This document shows positions 10,470 to 18,298 of a stretch of DNA of 64,000 nucleotides, in pieces. The notes under the pieces were generated by a model that was not told the DNA's origin, did not search any database, and saw only the letters and a program-made list of their open reading frames with translations. Source of the stretch: a virus. The stretch covers positions 4,864 through 68,863 of the IMG/VR virus record IMGVR_UViG_3300034418_011142; one strand, written 5' to 3'. The translations under genes and the position numbers were made by a program. How positions within the stretch are numbered: position 1 is the stretch's first letter; every line of letters starts with the position of its first letter.

Positions 10470-11471
10470 ATGCCAAATTTACCAATTTCCCAATTATCTG
10501 CCTCATCTGCTTTAGATGGAACTGAACTATTAGTAAATGTTCAAGGAGGTGTAACTAAAAAACAAACAGTTCAAGATACATTAAATGCTGACCTACCTAT
10601 AACTTCTTCAGGTATTACTCTTTCAGGAGATATTGTTCCATCTACTCCTCAAGGATCTACATTAGGAAGTGTAGATAGACCATTTGCCGAACTATACCTA
10701 CAATCGGGTTCTATTTCAATTGAATCAGATACACCTGGTGACCCATCGGCTATTATTTCAAATGTAAGTGGTAACTTAGAAATATCAGTAGGGGGTATGT
10801 TACTTATTGAATCCGGTTCATCTTTTACTTCACCAACTGGTTCTTTTGATCAGTTGTCAGCTGATTTACAAGAAAATTATATTTGGATTGGAGATTCTAA
10901 TAACAGAAACATAGAAACCCCAGTCTCATCCCTCCCAGGTTATTTTCCATTTAACTATGGTTTATTTAGCCAAACAGGTTCATCATCACCTATATCAGGT
11001 AGCACCCATATTTCAGGTAGTTTAATTGGGGGAGGAGTTGGAACACTATCGGTTCCCGCCAATGGTTTTACTAAAGGAGATGCATATCAAGCTACTTTTT
11101 CAGGAGTAGTAAATGCTGAAAATAATAAAACACTTGAAATTACAGTTAAAGCTGGAGATGTAGTTTTAGCAGATACTGGAATAATATCTATGCCTGGGGT
11201 TACTGGCGATAAAAGATGGAGAATGGATATTGATTTCTCTATTAGAGAAATTGGTGGAACTGGAACTGCTGAAATTGCAACAGCAGGTACAATACAATTT
11301 AGAACAGATTCATCAGGTGATGTTGTAACTGAAATTTTTAGTGATGTTAATAATACAACTTTTGATACTACAATAGATAATACTTTAACAGTTGAAGCAG
11401 AATGGGGTAGTGGTCCAACTAATTTAAGTTCTATTTATTCTAAGTTATTTACTCTACTGAAAACTTACTAA
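10470..11471 (+). CDS. Putative virion fibre/decoration protein
   Basis: N-terminal MPNLPISQL...ELLVNVQGGVTKK; rich in S/G/T with beta-strand character. Confidence 0.5.
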   Translation: MPNLPISQLSASSALDGTELLVNVQGGVTKKQTVQDTLNADLPITSSGITLSGDIVPSTPQGSTLGSVDRPFAELYLQSGSISIESDTPGDPSAIISNVSGNLEISVGGMLLIESGSSFTSPTGSFDQLSADLQENYIWIGDSNNRNIETPVSSLPGYFPFNYGLFSQTGSSSPISGSTHISGSLIGGGVGTLSVPANGFTKGDAYQATFSGVVNAENNKTLEITVKAGDVVLADTGIISMPGVTGDKRWRMDIDFSIREIGGTGTAEIATAGTIQFRTDSSGDVVTEIFSDVNNTTFDTTIDNTLTVEAEWGSGPTNLSSIYSKLFTLLKTY

Positions 11472-11719
11472 TGCAGCCATACAAAAATAAAGGTAATATA
11501 AGAACGTTTTCGAAAGATGTAAATAAACTAGAACTAGTTTGGCATCAAGACGCTGAAGATAGAGATATCGAGATATTAGAAGGTAAAGGATGGGAATTAC
11601 AAATGGATAATGAATTACCCTTTGAATTAGTAAAGGGAGATCGTATATTTATAACAGAAGGTAGAATACACCGAATATTAAAAGGTACAACCGATTTAAA
11701 AATAAAAATAAATGGATAA
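11471..11719 (+). CDS. Small cupin-like protein
   Basis: WHQDAEDR..ILEG.GW...GD.IFITEGRIHRI two-His cupin pattern. Confidence 0.55.
   Translation: MQPYKNKGNIRTFSKDVNKLELVWHQDAEDRDIEILEGKGWELQMDNELPFELVKGDRIFITEGRIHRILKGTTDLKIKING
11645..11655 (+). promoter_or_regulatory. Late-promoter motif embedded in the cupin CDS
   Basis: ATATTTATAAC, 56 nt upstream of ATG 11712. Confidence 0.45.
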
Positions 11720-11768
11720 TTTCGATTTAAAAAAATATTTAGCTGAAGGTAGGCTATTTGAAGAAGAA
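11699..11768 (+). repeat. 70-bp repeat, copy 1 (5' UTR plus leader-coding sequence)
   Basis: Matches 12060-12129 with 3 mismatches. Confidence 0.95.
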
Positions 11769-12056
11769 ATGAAAGCACCTAGTGGCTGGACTGAAATCAA
11801 AGACTTATCAGACCTACATTATAGCGAAGAAGATGGCGAAATAGCTGTTAAAGCATGGGATGCACCAATGGAAGGGTGGGATGAAGAACATAAAGACATG
11901 ATCATAATAAGAAAAGATGATGATGGATTTTATTTAGATGGGTATGTATCTTTTGGTGATTTTGAAATGCAAGGTCCATTTAACACATATGAAGAAGTGC
12001 TTAAATTAGCTGTTGAAGAAATGGAAGCCTTTAAAGAAGATTGGGACAAATCATAA
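11712..12056 (+). CDS. Putative internal head protein with capsid-targeting leader, paralog 1
   Basis: N-terminus MDNFDLKKYLAEGRLFEEE. Confidence 0.7.
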   Translation: MDNFDLKKYLAEGRLFEEEMKAPSGWTEIKDLSDLHYSEEDGEIAVKAWDAPMEGWDEEHKDMIIIRKDDDGFYLDGYVSFGDFEMQGPFNTYEEVLKLAVEEMEAFKEDWDKS

Positions 12057-12059
12057 ACT

Positions 12060-12129
12060 AAAATAAAAATAAATGGATAATTTCGATTTAAAAAAATATT
12101 TAGCGGAAGGTAGACTATTTAAAGAAGAA
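12060..12129 (+). repeat. 70-bp repeat, copy 2
   Basis: Matches 11699-11768 with 3 mismatches. Confidence 0.95.
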
Positions 12130-12567
12130 CAAATGGGTTCTTATGGAAAATTTTTAAAGGTAGTAAAATCATATGAAGATGAAGAAATACTATCCGATTT
12201 TTTAGATTCATACCCTAAGGGACAGGATATTAGTAAAAGTGAATATGATAAATTTACTGAAAAACATTTTGGTCTAGCTGACCCTGAAGATCACCGAGGT
12301 AAAAATTGGAAATATATTATGTCTGAAGGACGCTTATTAAAAGAAGAATTAACTCCCCTTCAACAGTATGTTTACAACTTCGAAAAAGAAGTTAGTGGTG
12401 AAGATAATGCAAAAGAGTTTTTAGATGGTATTAAAAAATTAAATACTCCTAAAGATGTTTATGATTATTATGCTTTTGAAAGAAATTGGGAAGGTGATAG
12501 TGATCTAGAAGGAGATTTAGAAAATATTTACAATCAAGTATTAGATAAATTTAAAAGTAAAAATTAA
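12073..12567 (+). CDS. Putative internal head protein with capsid-targeting leader, paralog 2 (two modules)
   Basis: N-terminus MDNFDLKKYLAEGRLFKEE; internal KYIMSEGRLLKEELT. Confidence 0.7.
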   Translation: MDNFDLKKYLAEGRLFKEEQMGSYGKFLKVVKSYEDEEILSDFLDSYPKGQDISKSEYDKFTEKHFGLADPEDHRGKNWKYIMSEGRLLKEELTPLQQYVYNFEKEVSGEDNAKEFLDGIKKLNTPKDVYDYYAFERNWEGDSDLEGDLENIYNQVLDKFKSKN

Positions 12568-12573
12568 AACAAA

Positions 12574-13155
12574 ATGGATAACTTTGATTTAAGAAAATAT
12601 TTAGCTGAAGGTCGCTTATTAAAAGAAGAATTAACTTTTTCTTTTGACGAATATAGCTATGAAATCGATGATGCTGCTTATCAAGCAGAAGTAGAAGCAG
12701 GTATTAAAGCTCAATTACCAAACATTTCAGATAAAGTTCTACAAGCTATTATAGATAGTTCTGTAGAATACTACTATGATCAAAGAGAAGAAGATGTACC
12801 TTCTAGCAATATCGTAGATATGGCAGTTGATTATTACAACGATGAAATGACTGGAGACAGTAAACCATCTGCTCCAAGACAAAAATATGATTTATCTGGT
12901 GTTGATTTAAGTGGATTAGATAAAGGTCAAAAAGCAGCTTTTGATGTATTTGTAGATGTTTACCTTAAACCTTATGGTGAAGATGAAACACAAGAAGAAC
13001 TAGAGCGTTATGTTAGACAATTTGGAAAAGTAGAAGATGCGTACGATATCGATTCTATCATCCCAAACTCATTTCAGTACGATAGTGATGAAAGAGAAGC
13101 TATGCAATCTAAAGTAAGAAACGCTTATTTATTTGCTTTTCAACCTATAAATTAA
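12574..13155 (+). CDS. Putative internal head protein with capsid-targeting leader, paralog 3
   Basis: N-terminus MDNFDLRKYLAEGRLLKEELT; nt 12605-12636 matches 12323-12354 at 31/32. Confidence 0.7.
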   Translation: MDNFDLRKYLAEGRLLKEELTFSFDEYSYEIDDAAYQAEVEAGIKAQLPNISDKVLQAIIDSSVEYYYDQREEDVPSSNIVDMAVDYYNDEMTGDSKPSAPRQKYDLSGVDLSGLDKGQKAAFDVFVDVYLKPYGEDETQEELERYVRQFGKVEDAYDIDSIIPNSFQYDSDEREAMQSKVRNAYLFAFQPIN

Positions 13156-13218
13156 AAATAAAAAACATATAGACTGATTCATAGCCAGTCGATTTAATTA
13201 AAAAATATTATGGAGCTG

Positions 13219-13247
13219 TGGCCCATCCTTTGGATGGGTCATTTTTT
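13219..13247 (+). terminator. Intrinsic terminator
   Basis: Stem TGGCCCATCC-TTT-GGATGGGTCA followed by T6. Confidence 0.8.
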
Positions 13248-13258
13248 GTTTGTATATT
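13229..13258 (+). promoter_or_regulatory. Putative early (host-sigma, Bacteroidota-type) promoter
   Basis: TTTGG-N16-TTGTATATT. Confidence 0.6.
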
Positions 13259-13282
13259 AACGTGTTAAAATAAAGGACAAAT

Positions 13283-13507
13283 ATGAGTAAAAAACTTACC
13301 TCAAAAGAAATGATAGAAATGGAACAAAGAGGATTTAGAATACCTCTCCCAGTTTGGTTATATAATTTAAAAAAAGAGGATAAAATAGATTTTACTGAAG
13401 ACAGAGTAAAAGATATGCTAAAATTTGCTGTTGAAAGAGAGTATTATGAAAAAGCAGCTATATTGAGAGATTTTTTAAAAAACAAAAATAAAAGTATAGA
13501 TGAGTAA
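13283..13507 (+). CDS. UvrB/UvrC (UVR) motif protein
   Basis: MLKFAVEREYYEKAAILRD. Confidence 0.65.
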   Translation: MSKKLTSKEMIEMEQRGFRIPLPVWLYNLKKEDKIDFTEDRVKDMLKFAVEREYYEKAAILRDFLKNKNKSIDE

Positions 13508-14792
13508 AAACGTAGTAATGATTGGAGCAGGTGTAGCAAATGTAAATGCTGCTACTAAGCTAGTTGACAATGGATTTAAAGGTAAAATCACTATTATTGA
13601 TATGGGTAAAGATCCATATTTAAGACCTTATGAAGAAGTAATGACGGGCTTTTTAGGAGCAGGAGGTTGGTCTGATGGTAAATTAACTTACCATACTTCA
13701 ATTGGAGGACAATTATCTAAATATTGTGGTGAAGAAAAGGCAATGGAATTGTTTGACCAGGTGATAGATAATTTTAAACGTTTCCACCCTAAACCAGAAG
13801 AAGTACAATGTTCAAATCCAGTTGCAGAACCTGATTTTATTAAACCATATTTTGGATTACGTTTATTCCCTGTATGGCACGTTGGTACAGATTACTTACA
13901 TGAAATAGGTAAAAATTGGTATGACTATTTAGTTGATAATGGTGTTGAGTTTGTATGGGAAACTAAAGTAACTGATATTGATTTTGATAATCAAGAAGTA
14001 CATATTGGGTTAGGAGATGATTGGATAGATTATGATGAACTTATTTTTGGTGTAGGTAAATCAGGTATTGACTTTGGTAAACAATTAGCTGAAAAATATG
14101 ATTTACCAACTGAACCAAAACCAGTACAAATAGGTGTTAGGTTTGAAGCACCACAAAAACACTTCCAAAAATTAATTGATATCTCATATGATTTTAAATT
14201 ATACAGAAAATATGAAGATAAAGGTGTATCATTACGTTCATTTTGTACAAATAATAACGCTGCTTATGTTGCTGTAGAAGAAACATATGGAGACCATAGT
14301 TACAATGGACATGCCAAAAAAGATGAAGCATTTAGAAATGATATGACCAATTTTGGTATTCTAATGGAAGTTAGAGGTATTGAAAAACCATTTGAATGGT
14401 CTAGAGATGTAGTAAATAAACTACAAAAAGATGGTACTGGTTTATATTATAGTCCAAGTAGAGAACCATCTACAACATCTGAAGGTGTAGAAGTATCAGC
14501 AGTTAAAGTAGATACACTACATGAAATAACTAAAGCAATGCAACCTTATTTTTGGTATGTATTGGATTTTATAGAGGATATGAAAAAAGTATTCCCAACA
14601 CTTGAAGATGATTGGGGTATTTATGTTCCTGAAGTAAAATATCTATCACCTGAGCCACTTGTCGATTATACTAATTTAGCACTCACTAAGTATCCTAACG
14701 TACACTTTGTAGGCGATGCTTTATCAGCTAGAGGTATAACGGTAAGTGGTGCACAAGGTACTTATGTTGCTGAATCACTTTTGGAGAATTAA
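13500..14792 (+). CDS. FAD/NAD(P)-dependent oxidoreductase
   Basis: IGAGVA Rossmann motif, GFLGAGGWSDGKL, C-terminal HFVGD...RGITVSGAQG. Confidence 0.85.
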   Translation: MSKNVVMIGAGVANVNAATKLVDNGFKGKITIIDMGKDPYLRPYEEVMTGFLGAGGWSDGKLTYHTSIGGQLSKYCGEEKAMELFDQVIDNFKRFHPKPEEVQCSNPVAEPDFIKPYFGLRLFPVWHVGTDYLHEIGKNWYDYLVDNGVEFVWETKVTDIDFDNQEVHIGLGDDWIDYDELIFGVGKSGIDFGKQLAEKYDLPTEPKPVQIGVRFEAPQKHFQKLIDISYDFKLYRKYEDKGVSLRSFCTNNNAAYVAVEETYGDHSYNGHAKKDEAFRNDMTNFGILMEVRGIEKPFEWSRDVVNKLQKDGTGLYYSPSREPSTTSEGVEVSAVKVDTLHEITKAMQPYFWYVLDFIEDMKKVFPTLEDDWGIYVPEVKYLSPEPLVDYTNLALTKYPNVHFVGDALSARGITVSGAQGTYVAESLLEN

Positions 14793-14809
14793 AATATTTT
14801 TCGTATATT
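14780..14809 (+). promoter_or_regulatory. Putative early promoter
   Basis: TTTGG-N16-TCGTATATT. Confidence 0.65.
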
Positions 14810-14831
14810 TACATTAAATAAAAACATTATT

Positions 14832-15098
14832 ATGAGCATAGAAACAGGACAAACATTTCCAAAATCAAGAAGATTAACAAAACCAGATGGTACAATTGCT
14901 TATACCTGGGATGGTAAATTACACAATTGGGATGGTCCCGCTTTAATACCTGAAGGTAACGAGAAAAAAGCAGAATATTATCTTTATGGTTATCAAAAAA
15001 CAGAAGAAGATTGGAAGGAAATGAGACGTCAAAGAGAAGGTATTCCATTCTATAAAAATCAATCAATGAAATCACAATTGTCAGATTATAGAAATTAA
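14832..15098 (+). CDS. Hypothetical protein with an LHxxDGPA motif
   Basis: GKLHNWDGPALI...EYYLYG. Confidence 0.6.
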   Translation: MSIETGQTFPKSRRLTKPDGTIAYTWDGKLHNWDGPALIPEGNEKKAEYYLYGYQKTEEDWKEMRRQREGIPFYKNQSMKSQLSDYRN

Positions 15099-15101
15099 GA
15101 T

Positions 15102-15632
15102 ATGAAAATAGGTTTATGTGGTACAATGAGTGTAGGTAAAACTACATTAGTTAATGCTTTAAAAGAAACAAAACAATTTAAAGATTATATGTTTAGAACA
15201 GAACGTTCTAAATTTTTAATGGAGCAGGGTATTCCACTTAATACTGATTCTACATTAAAAGGTCAAACAGTATTTTTAGCAGAACGTTGTTCTGAGCTAT
15301 TTCAGGATAATATTATTACGGATAGAACTGTAATAGATGTTATGGCTTTTACTTTAAATGCTAAATCAATTGGTCAAAATGAAAAAGAAAAATTTGAAAA
15401 GTACGCTAAAGACTTTATCTCGGAATATGATTATATTTTTTATATTTCTCCTTATGGTATTCCTGTTGAGGACAATGGTGTAAGAGAAACAGATGAACAT
15501 TATAGAGATTTAATTGATTTTACAATCACAACTCTCATCAAAAGATATGGCCATAGATGTCCAGTAGTAGAAGAAATATCTGGATCTACAGATGAACGAA
15601 TTAAACAAATATTAAATATTACTGGCCTTTAA
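15102..15632 (+). CDS. P-loop nucleotide kinase/ATPase (AAA_28/NadR-like)
   Basis: GTMSVGKTT, ITDRTVID, YDYIFY, EDNGVR. Confidence 0.75.
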   Translation: MKIGLCGTMSVGKTTLVNALKETKQFKDYMFRTERSKFLMEQGIPLNTDSTLKGQTVFLAERCSELFQDNIITDRTVIDVMAFTLNAKSIGQNEKEKFEKYAKDFISEYDYIFYISPYGIPVEDNGVRETDEHYRDLIDFTITTLIKRYGHRCPVVEEISGSTDERIKQILNITGL

Positions 15633-15633
15633 T

Positions 15634-15647
15634 ATATTTATAATAAA
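15634..15647 (+). promoter_or_regulatory. Putative late promoter
   Basis: ATATTTATAATAAA before ATG 15666. Confidence 0.7.
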
Positions 15648-15665
15648 ATCTAATTATATTATATA

Positions 15666-16031
15666 ATGAAAAAATCTGAATTAACAGCCTTTATTAAAGA
15701 AGAAATTTTATCTACATTAAGTGAAGATGCTAAAACTCAACAAGATATTAAAGATACAGAAGAGTTAACTAAAGCAATGGCTAATTTAGCTAAAGCAAAA
15801 GAAGAAGCAGGTTTAACAGAAGAAGAAGATAAAGAACCAACTAAAGCAGATTTAAAAGCAACTAAAGGTTTAGCTAAAGCAAAGGAAGAACTTGCTCAAT
15901 TAACTAAACAAATGAAATCTTTGGCTCGCGATTATAAAAAAGCTGAAGGGGCTGAAAAAGAAAAAATTGTAGCTGATCTTAAGAAAAAGACAAAACTCAA
16001 AAAAGAGTTAGAAGCTATCATAGATAAATAA
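15666..16031 (+). CDS. Coiled-coil putative head/core protein
   Basis: Leader MKKSELTAFIKEEILSTLSE; internal LAKAKEE repeat. Confidence 0.5.
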   Translation: MKKSELTAFIKEEILSTLSEDAKTQQDIKDTEELTKAMANLAKAKEEAGLTEEEDKEPTKADLKATKGLAKAKEELAQLTKQMKSLARDYKKAEGAEKEKIVADLKKKTKLKKELEAIIDK

Positions 16032-16035
16032 AATA

Positions 16036-16413
16036 ATGTGGTTAAAAAAGAATCTTAACCTTTTAGTTATAATAGGAGCTTGTATTATAGTTTTTGCATT
16101 TTTTAATAAAAAAGAAGACTATGTAGAGGAATATAATGCTAAAATTCAAGCATTAGAAAAAAAAGTCGATTCGTTACACAGTGAAAATGACGAATTGACT
16201 TTTAAAATCGATACATTAAACCAACAAATTGGGGTATTAGATCAAGAACTTGATCTTAAAGATAATAAAATAAACAATTTAAGGTATGAAATTAGCACTA
16301 AAGTGGACGCTGTTGATAATTTTAACAATGATGAGCTTCAACAGTTTTTCACAGAACGTTACAGACAGTACTTCGATTCAATTAAAAAAGCCAATAGCGA
16401 AATTAGTAATTAA
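16036..16413 (+). CDS. Membrane-anchored coiled-coil protein (i-spanin-like)
   Basis: N-terminal hydrophobic helix followed by a long heptad region. Confidence 0.5.
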   Translation: MWLKKNLNLLVIIGACIIVFAFFNKKEDYVEEYNAKIQALEKKVDSLHSENDELTFKIDTLNQQIGVLDQELDLKDNKINNLRYEISTKVDAVDNFNNDELQQFFTERYRQYFDSIKKANSEISN

Positions 16414-16699
16414 AGATTTAATTACAGGTGATGGAGCTAAAGAAGAATTGATATTAGTTGTAGATAAAATCAAACTTTTAGAACAAAAAGTAGTTTTAAA
16501 AGATAGTATTATCGTTAATTTAAATTCTAAAATAGATAATTTTAATTCTATTCTTTTTACTAAAACTGACCAGTTAGCACTATCCCAAGAGCTTTCAAAA
16601 AAATTACAAGTTGATTTAAAAAAGCAAAAATTTAAAAATAAACTAACTGCTGGAGCAGGGGTTGTAGCTGTAATTGCAACAATCCTTTTAGTAAAATAA
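16286..16699 (+). CDS. Secreted/membrane coiled-coil protein overlapping the previous gene (spanin-partner-like)
   Basis: Signal peptide ending FS-Q, coiled coil, C-terminal hydrophobic helix; 128-nt overlap. Confidence 0.5.
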   Translation: MKLALKWTLLIILTMMSFNSFSQNVTDSTSIQLKKPIAKLVIKDLITGDGAKEELILVVDKIKLLEQKVVLKDSIIVNLNSKIDNFNSILFTKTDQLALSQELSKKLQVDLKKQKFKNKLTAGAGVVAVIATILLVK

Positions 16700-16702
16700 T
16701 AT

Positions 16703-18271
16703 ATGTCTGATTTAAAAAAAGTAATACGTCAAGAATATTTAAAATGTGCCCAAGATCCGGTACATTTTATGCGTAAATACTGTTATATACAGCACCCACA
16801 ACGTGGTCGCATACAATTTAATCTATACCCCTTTCAAGAAAAAGTACTCAAGTTATTTAGAGATAATCCATATAGTATTGTACTAAAATCAAGACAGTTA
16901 GGTATATCTACTTTAGGAGCAGGTTATTCTTTATGGTTAATGTTATTTCATAAAGACAAAAATATTCTATGTATTGCTACAAAACAGGAAACTGCTAAAA
17001 ACATGGTTACAAAGGTAAAATTCATGTATGAGAATTTACCTTCTTGGCTTAAAGTAGATGCTGATGAAAATAATAAATTAACATTAAGATTAAATAATGG
17101 GTCCCAAATTAAAGCTACCTCAGCAAGTTCAGATGCTGGTAGATCCGAAGCAGTATCTTTACTATTAATTGATGAGGCAGCATTCATTGATAATATTGGT
17201 GAGATATGGGCATCAGCTCAACAAACATTAGCAACTGGTGGTGGGTGTATAGCATTATCCACTCCTTATGGTACAGGTAACTGGTTTCATCAAACATGGG
17301 CAAGAGCAGAAGCAGCAGAAAATGAATTTTTACCTATTAAATTGCCATGGTATGTTCACCCAGAACGAGACCAAGCATGGAGAGATAGACAAGATGAATT
17401 ATTAGGAGATCCTAGAATGGCAGCTCAAGAATGTGATTGTGATTTTTCAACTTCTGGTGATATTGTATTTTATCCTGAATATATAGAATATTACGAAAAA
17501 ACTTATATAAAAGATCCCATGGAAAAACGGGGTGCAGATCAAAATTTATGGGTTTGGGAATCACCTGATTATTCAAGAGATTATATTGTAGTAGCTGATG
17601 TATCTAGAGGTGATGGAAAAGATTATTCAGCATGTCATGTAATTGATGTAGAAAATAATGTACAAGTTGCAGAATATAAAGGACAATTAGGAACAAAAGA
17701 ATATGGTCATTTATTAGTTGGTTTAGCTACGGAGTATAATGAAGCAATGTTAGTAATAGAAAATGCAAATATTGGTTGGGCAACTATACAAGTAGCAATT
17801 GATAGAGCATACCCTAACCTCTACTATTCACAAAGGAGTGATTCCCGTAATGCTGATTCGTATTTTGACAAATACCAAGACCATTCAAAAATGGTAGCTG
17901 GTTTTACTATGTCATCTAGAACTAGACCTATGGTAATAGGTAAATTTCAAGAATATATTAGTGATAAAGGAGTAACAATTCAATCTAAAAGGTTGATAGA
18001 GGAAATGAAAGTATTTATTTGGCGTAACGGAAGAGCAGAAGCACAATCAGGATATAACGATGATTTAGTTATGTCTTTTGGTATTGCTATGTATATTAGA
18101 GATACGGCTTTAAAACTAAGACAACGAGGTTTAGATGCAACCCGAAATGCATTAGGTAATATAAAAGTAAATAGAACTACTTATCAAGGTGGCTATTTTT
18201 CTAGTGGAGTTGATAATCCTTACCATATAGACACAAACCATGGTAAAGAAGATATTAGTTGGCTCCTATAA
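16703..18271 (+). CDS. terL: Terminase large subunit (T4 gp17-like)
   Basis: LYPFQ, KSRQLGIST Walker A, LLIDEAAF Walker B, STPYG, nuclease acidic motifs ADVSRGDGKDYS and NDDLVM. Confidence 0.95.
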   Translation: MSDLKKVIRQEYLKCAQDPVHFMRKYCYIQHPQRGRIQFNLYPFQEKVLKLFRDNPYSIVLKSRQLGISTLGAGYSLWLMLFHKDKNILCIATKQETAKNMVTKVKFMYENLPSWLKVDADENNKLTLRLNNGSQIKATSASSDAGRSEAVSLLLIDEAAFIDNIGEIWASAQQTLATGGGCIALSTPYGTGNWFHQTWARAEAAENEFLPIKLPWYVHPERDQAWRDRQDELLGDPRMAAQECDCDFSTSGDIVFYPEYIEYYEKTYIKDPMEKRGADQNLWVWESPDYSRDYIVVADVSRGDGKDYSACHVIDVENNVQVAEYKGQLGTKEYGHLLVGLATEYNEAMLVIENANIGWATIQVAIDRAYPNLYYSQRSDSRNADSYFDKYQDHSKMVAGFTMSSRTRPMVIGKFQEYISDKGVTIQSKRLIEEMKVFIWRNGRAEAQSGYNDDLVMSFGIAMYIRDTALKLRQRGLDATRNALGNIKVNRTTYQGGYFSSGVDNPYHIDTNHGKEDISWLL

Positions 18272-18273
18272 TA

Positions 18274-18284
18274 ATATTTATAAC
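18274..18284 (+). promoter_or_regulatory. Putative late promoter
   Basis: ATATTTATAAC before the portal ATG. Confidence 0.65.
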
Positions 18285-18298
18285 AATAACTATATACA

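Noticed and set aside
11699-12636. Repeats with unique intervening sequence as a CRISPR-like array or attC cassette sites
   Set aside because: The repeats are protein-coding leaders, non-palindromic and hundreds of nt apart; no cas or integrase gene is in the window.
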